NCBI GenBank assembly: GCA_965219085.1
Contig: OZ244720.1
Coordinates: 3,104,001 to 3,168,000 of the forward strand
DNA length: 64,000 nucleotides
Origin: Dehalococcoidia bacterium
Lineage (GTDB): Bacteria; Chloroflexota; Dehalococcoidia; UBA2979
Reading direction: 5' to 3'
Made by a program: the position numbers and the translations under genes. This document shows positions 62,517-64,000 of the stretch, piece by piece (positions within the stretch are counted from its first letter, which is position 1; each line of letters begins with the position of its first letter). The notes under the pieces were generated by a model that searched no databases, was not told the DNA's origin, and saw only the letters and a program-made list of their open reading frames with translations.

Positions 62517-63882
62517 GGTCACGTCCCTGCAAGTGGTGTAGCAGTGCACCATCCTGATCATTTGCTAGCTGGCAGCTTGCAGCAGCACCTCCTCGCCTGA
62601 GGCGACCTCGGCCACGGCCGCCGGCAGCGACTGCAGCATCGTCATGTAGCGCCTCCCCTCCGCCCACTCGTCGTGCTGCTCGGCGAGCACGGCGCCGACC
62701 AGCCGCACGACCGCGGCGCGGTTGGGGAAGATGCCGACGACGTTGGTGCGCCGCCGGATCTCCTTGTTGAGGCGTTCCAGCGGGTTGTTCGACCAGACCT
62801 GCCGCCAGTGCTGGGACGGGAAGGCCGTGAACGCCAGGATCTCGGGTCCGGCGTCGGCGAGCAGCGCCGCGGCCTCGGGGAAGCGCTCGGCGAGCTGCTC
62901 CACCACACGGGCGTGCTGGGCCTGCACCTCGGCCGCAGAGGACTGCTCGTAGATCGTCCGCACCGTCGTCGCCACCAGCTTCTCGGCGCTCTTCGGCACC
63001 CGGGTGAGCAGGTTGCGCATGAAGTGCGTCCTGCAGCGCTGCCAGGAGGCGCCGGCGAAGACGGTCGCGATCGCGTCTCTGAGCCCCTGGTGGGCGTCCG
63101 AGGTCACCAGCTCGACCCCGGACAGACCGCGCGCCACGAGCCCGCGCAGGAAGCTCAGCCAGAACGCCCCGTCCTCGGAGGTACCGACGTCGATGCCCAG
63201 CAGCTCGCGCTTGCCTGTCGCGTTGACGGCGGTGGCGACGACCACGCTCACCTGGACGACGCGGCCCTCCTCGCGCACGAGCTGGGTGAGCGCGTCGAGC
63301 CAGAGGTAGCGGTAGGGGCCCGAGTCGAGCGGCCGCTCGAGGAAGCTCTCCACGACCTCGTCGAGCTCGGCGCAGATGCGCGAGACCTGGCTCTTCGAGA
63401 TGCCATCACAGCCGAGCGAGCGCACGAGGTCGTCGACGCGGCGCGTCGAGACGCCCTCGACGTAGGCCTGCGTGACCACGGAGAGGAGGGCGCGCTCCGA
63501 GCGCCGCCGCGGCTCGAGCAGCGAGGGGAAGTAGCTGCCCTCGCGCAGCTTCGGGATGCCCAGTTCGATCGTGCCCACGCGCGTGTCCCAGCGCCTGGGC
63601 CGGTAGCCGTTACGCCGGGTGAGGCGCGTCTCGCTGCGCTCGCCGTGGGCGGCGCCGATCTGCGCCGAGACCTCGGCGTCCATCACCGCCTGGGCGAGCA
63701 CCGCGACCGCCTCGCGCAGGAAGTCAATGTCAGCTCCGTCCGCCTGCTTGCGAAGCAACTCCAACAAGTCCACGCTCTCCTTGACCACCGTAGTCCTCCT
63801 TCACGTGACTGTTTCCTGTGTGAAGGATGGCGCGGTGGTCTCCTACGTCCACCTCTGTGACACCACTTCCTGGGACGCTACC
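62517..63882 (-). mobile_element. IS256-family element, complete
   Basis: TIRs GGTCACGTCCCTGCAAGTGGTGT / GGTAGCGTCCCAGGAAGTGGTGT; perfect 8-bp TSD CCGTGCCC at 62509-62516 and 63883-63890. Confidence 0.95.
62565..63788 (-). CDS. IS256-family transposase
   Basis: RNGYR, GVSTRRV, WLDA, SDAHQGL, WQRCRTH, NPLERLNKEIRRR. Confidence 0.95.
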   Translation of the reverse strand: MVKESVDLLELLRKQADGADIDFLREAVAVLAQAVMDAEVSAQIGAAHGERSETRLTRRNGYRPRRWDTRVGTIELGIPKLREGSYFPSLLEPRRRSERALLSVVTQAYVEGVSTRRVDDLVRSLGCDGISKSQVSRICAELDEVVESFLERPLDSGPYRYLWLDALTQLVREEGRVVQVSVVVATAVNATGKRELLGIDVGTSEDGAFWLSFLRGLVARGLSGVELVTSDAHQGLRDAIATVFAGASWQRCRTHFMRNLLTRVPKSAEKLVATTVRTIYEQSSAAEVQAQHARVVEQLAERFPEAAALLADAGPEILAFTAFPSQHWRQVWSNNPLERLNKEIRRRTNVVGIFPNRAAVVRLVGAVLAEQHDEWAEGRRYMTMLQSLPAAVAEVASGEEVLLQAAS

Positions 63883-64000
63883 CCGTGCCCCCGCCCGTGG
63901 TCCGGCGAGGGCAACTCGCGCGCGCTGTCCCGACTGCCAACGACGCCACGGCCGATCGGCCTGCGTCGCTACAGCCGCTCCCCGTGCGGACGCAAAGCCG

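Overview
High-GC bacterial window. Gene content (F420-type LLM oxidoreductase, family-III CoA-transferases, crotonases, cadherin/TPR/RCC1-type secreted proteins) suggests a Dehalococcoidia/SAR202-like Chloroflexota, possibly host-associated; this taxonomy is inference. There are three zones. (1) About 1-11.8 kb is a decayed mobile/defence patchwork: a surface beta-propeller protein, SNF2-type helicase fragments, P-loop and SIR2 remnants, IS5, IS1182, IS481 and a broken group II intron with its RT. (2) About 11.9-58.6 kb is mostly intact metabolism: acyl-CoA/lipid catabolism, rarA, a ribBA with a degenerate cyclohydrolase, a UGA-recoded UGSC selenoprotein operon, a YeeE-TusA-TusA-rhodanese lipoprotein operon, tandem 810-aa CoA-transferases, gdh, a Kef-type antiporter, several type II TA modules, tRNA-Gly and tRNA-Leu. 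(3) From 58.6 kb is an island after tRNA-Leu: CGNR and NYN remnants, an internally deleted IS5, an orphan transposon end, an IS1380 remnant, an ORF-less group II intron 5' half and an intact IS256. The best candidates for undescribed biology are a group II intron that appears to target the terminal inverted repeat of IS256-family elements, the UGSC selenoprotein/thioredoxin-fold pair with a SECIS-like hairpin, and the surface-rhodanese/YeeE sulfur or selenium relay. All family assignments come from motif recognition by eye; no searches were run.
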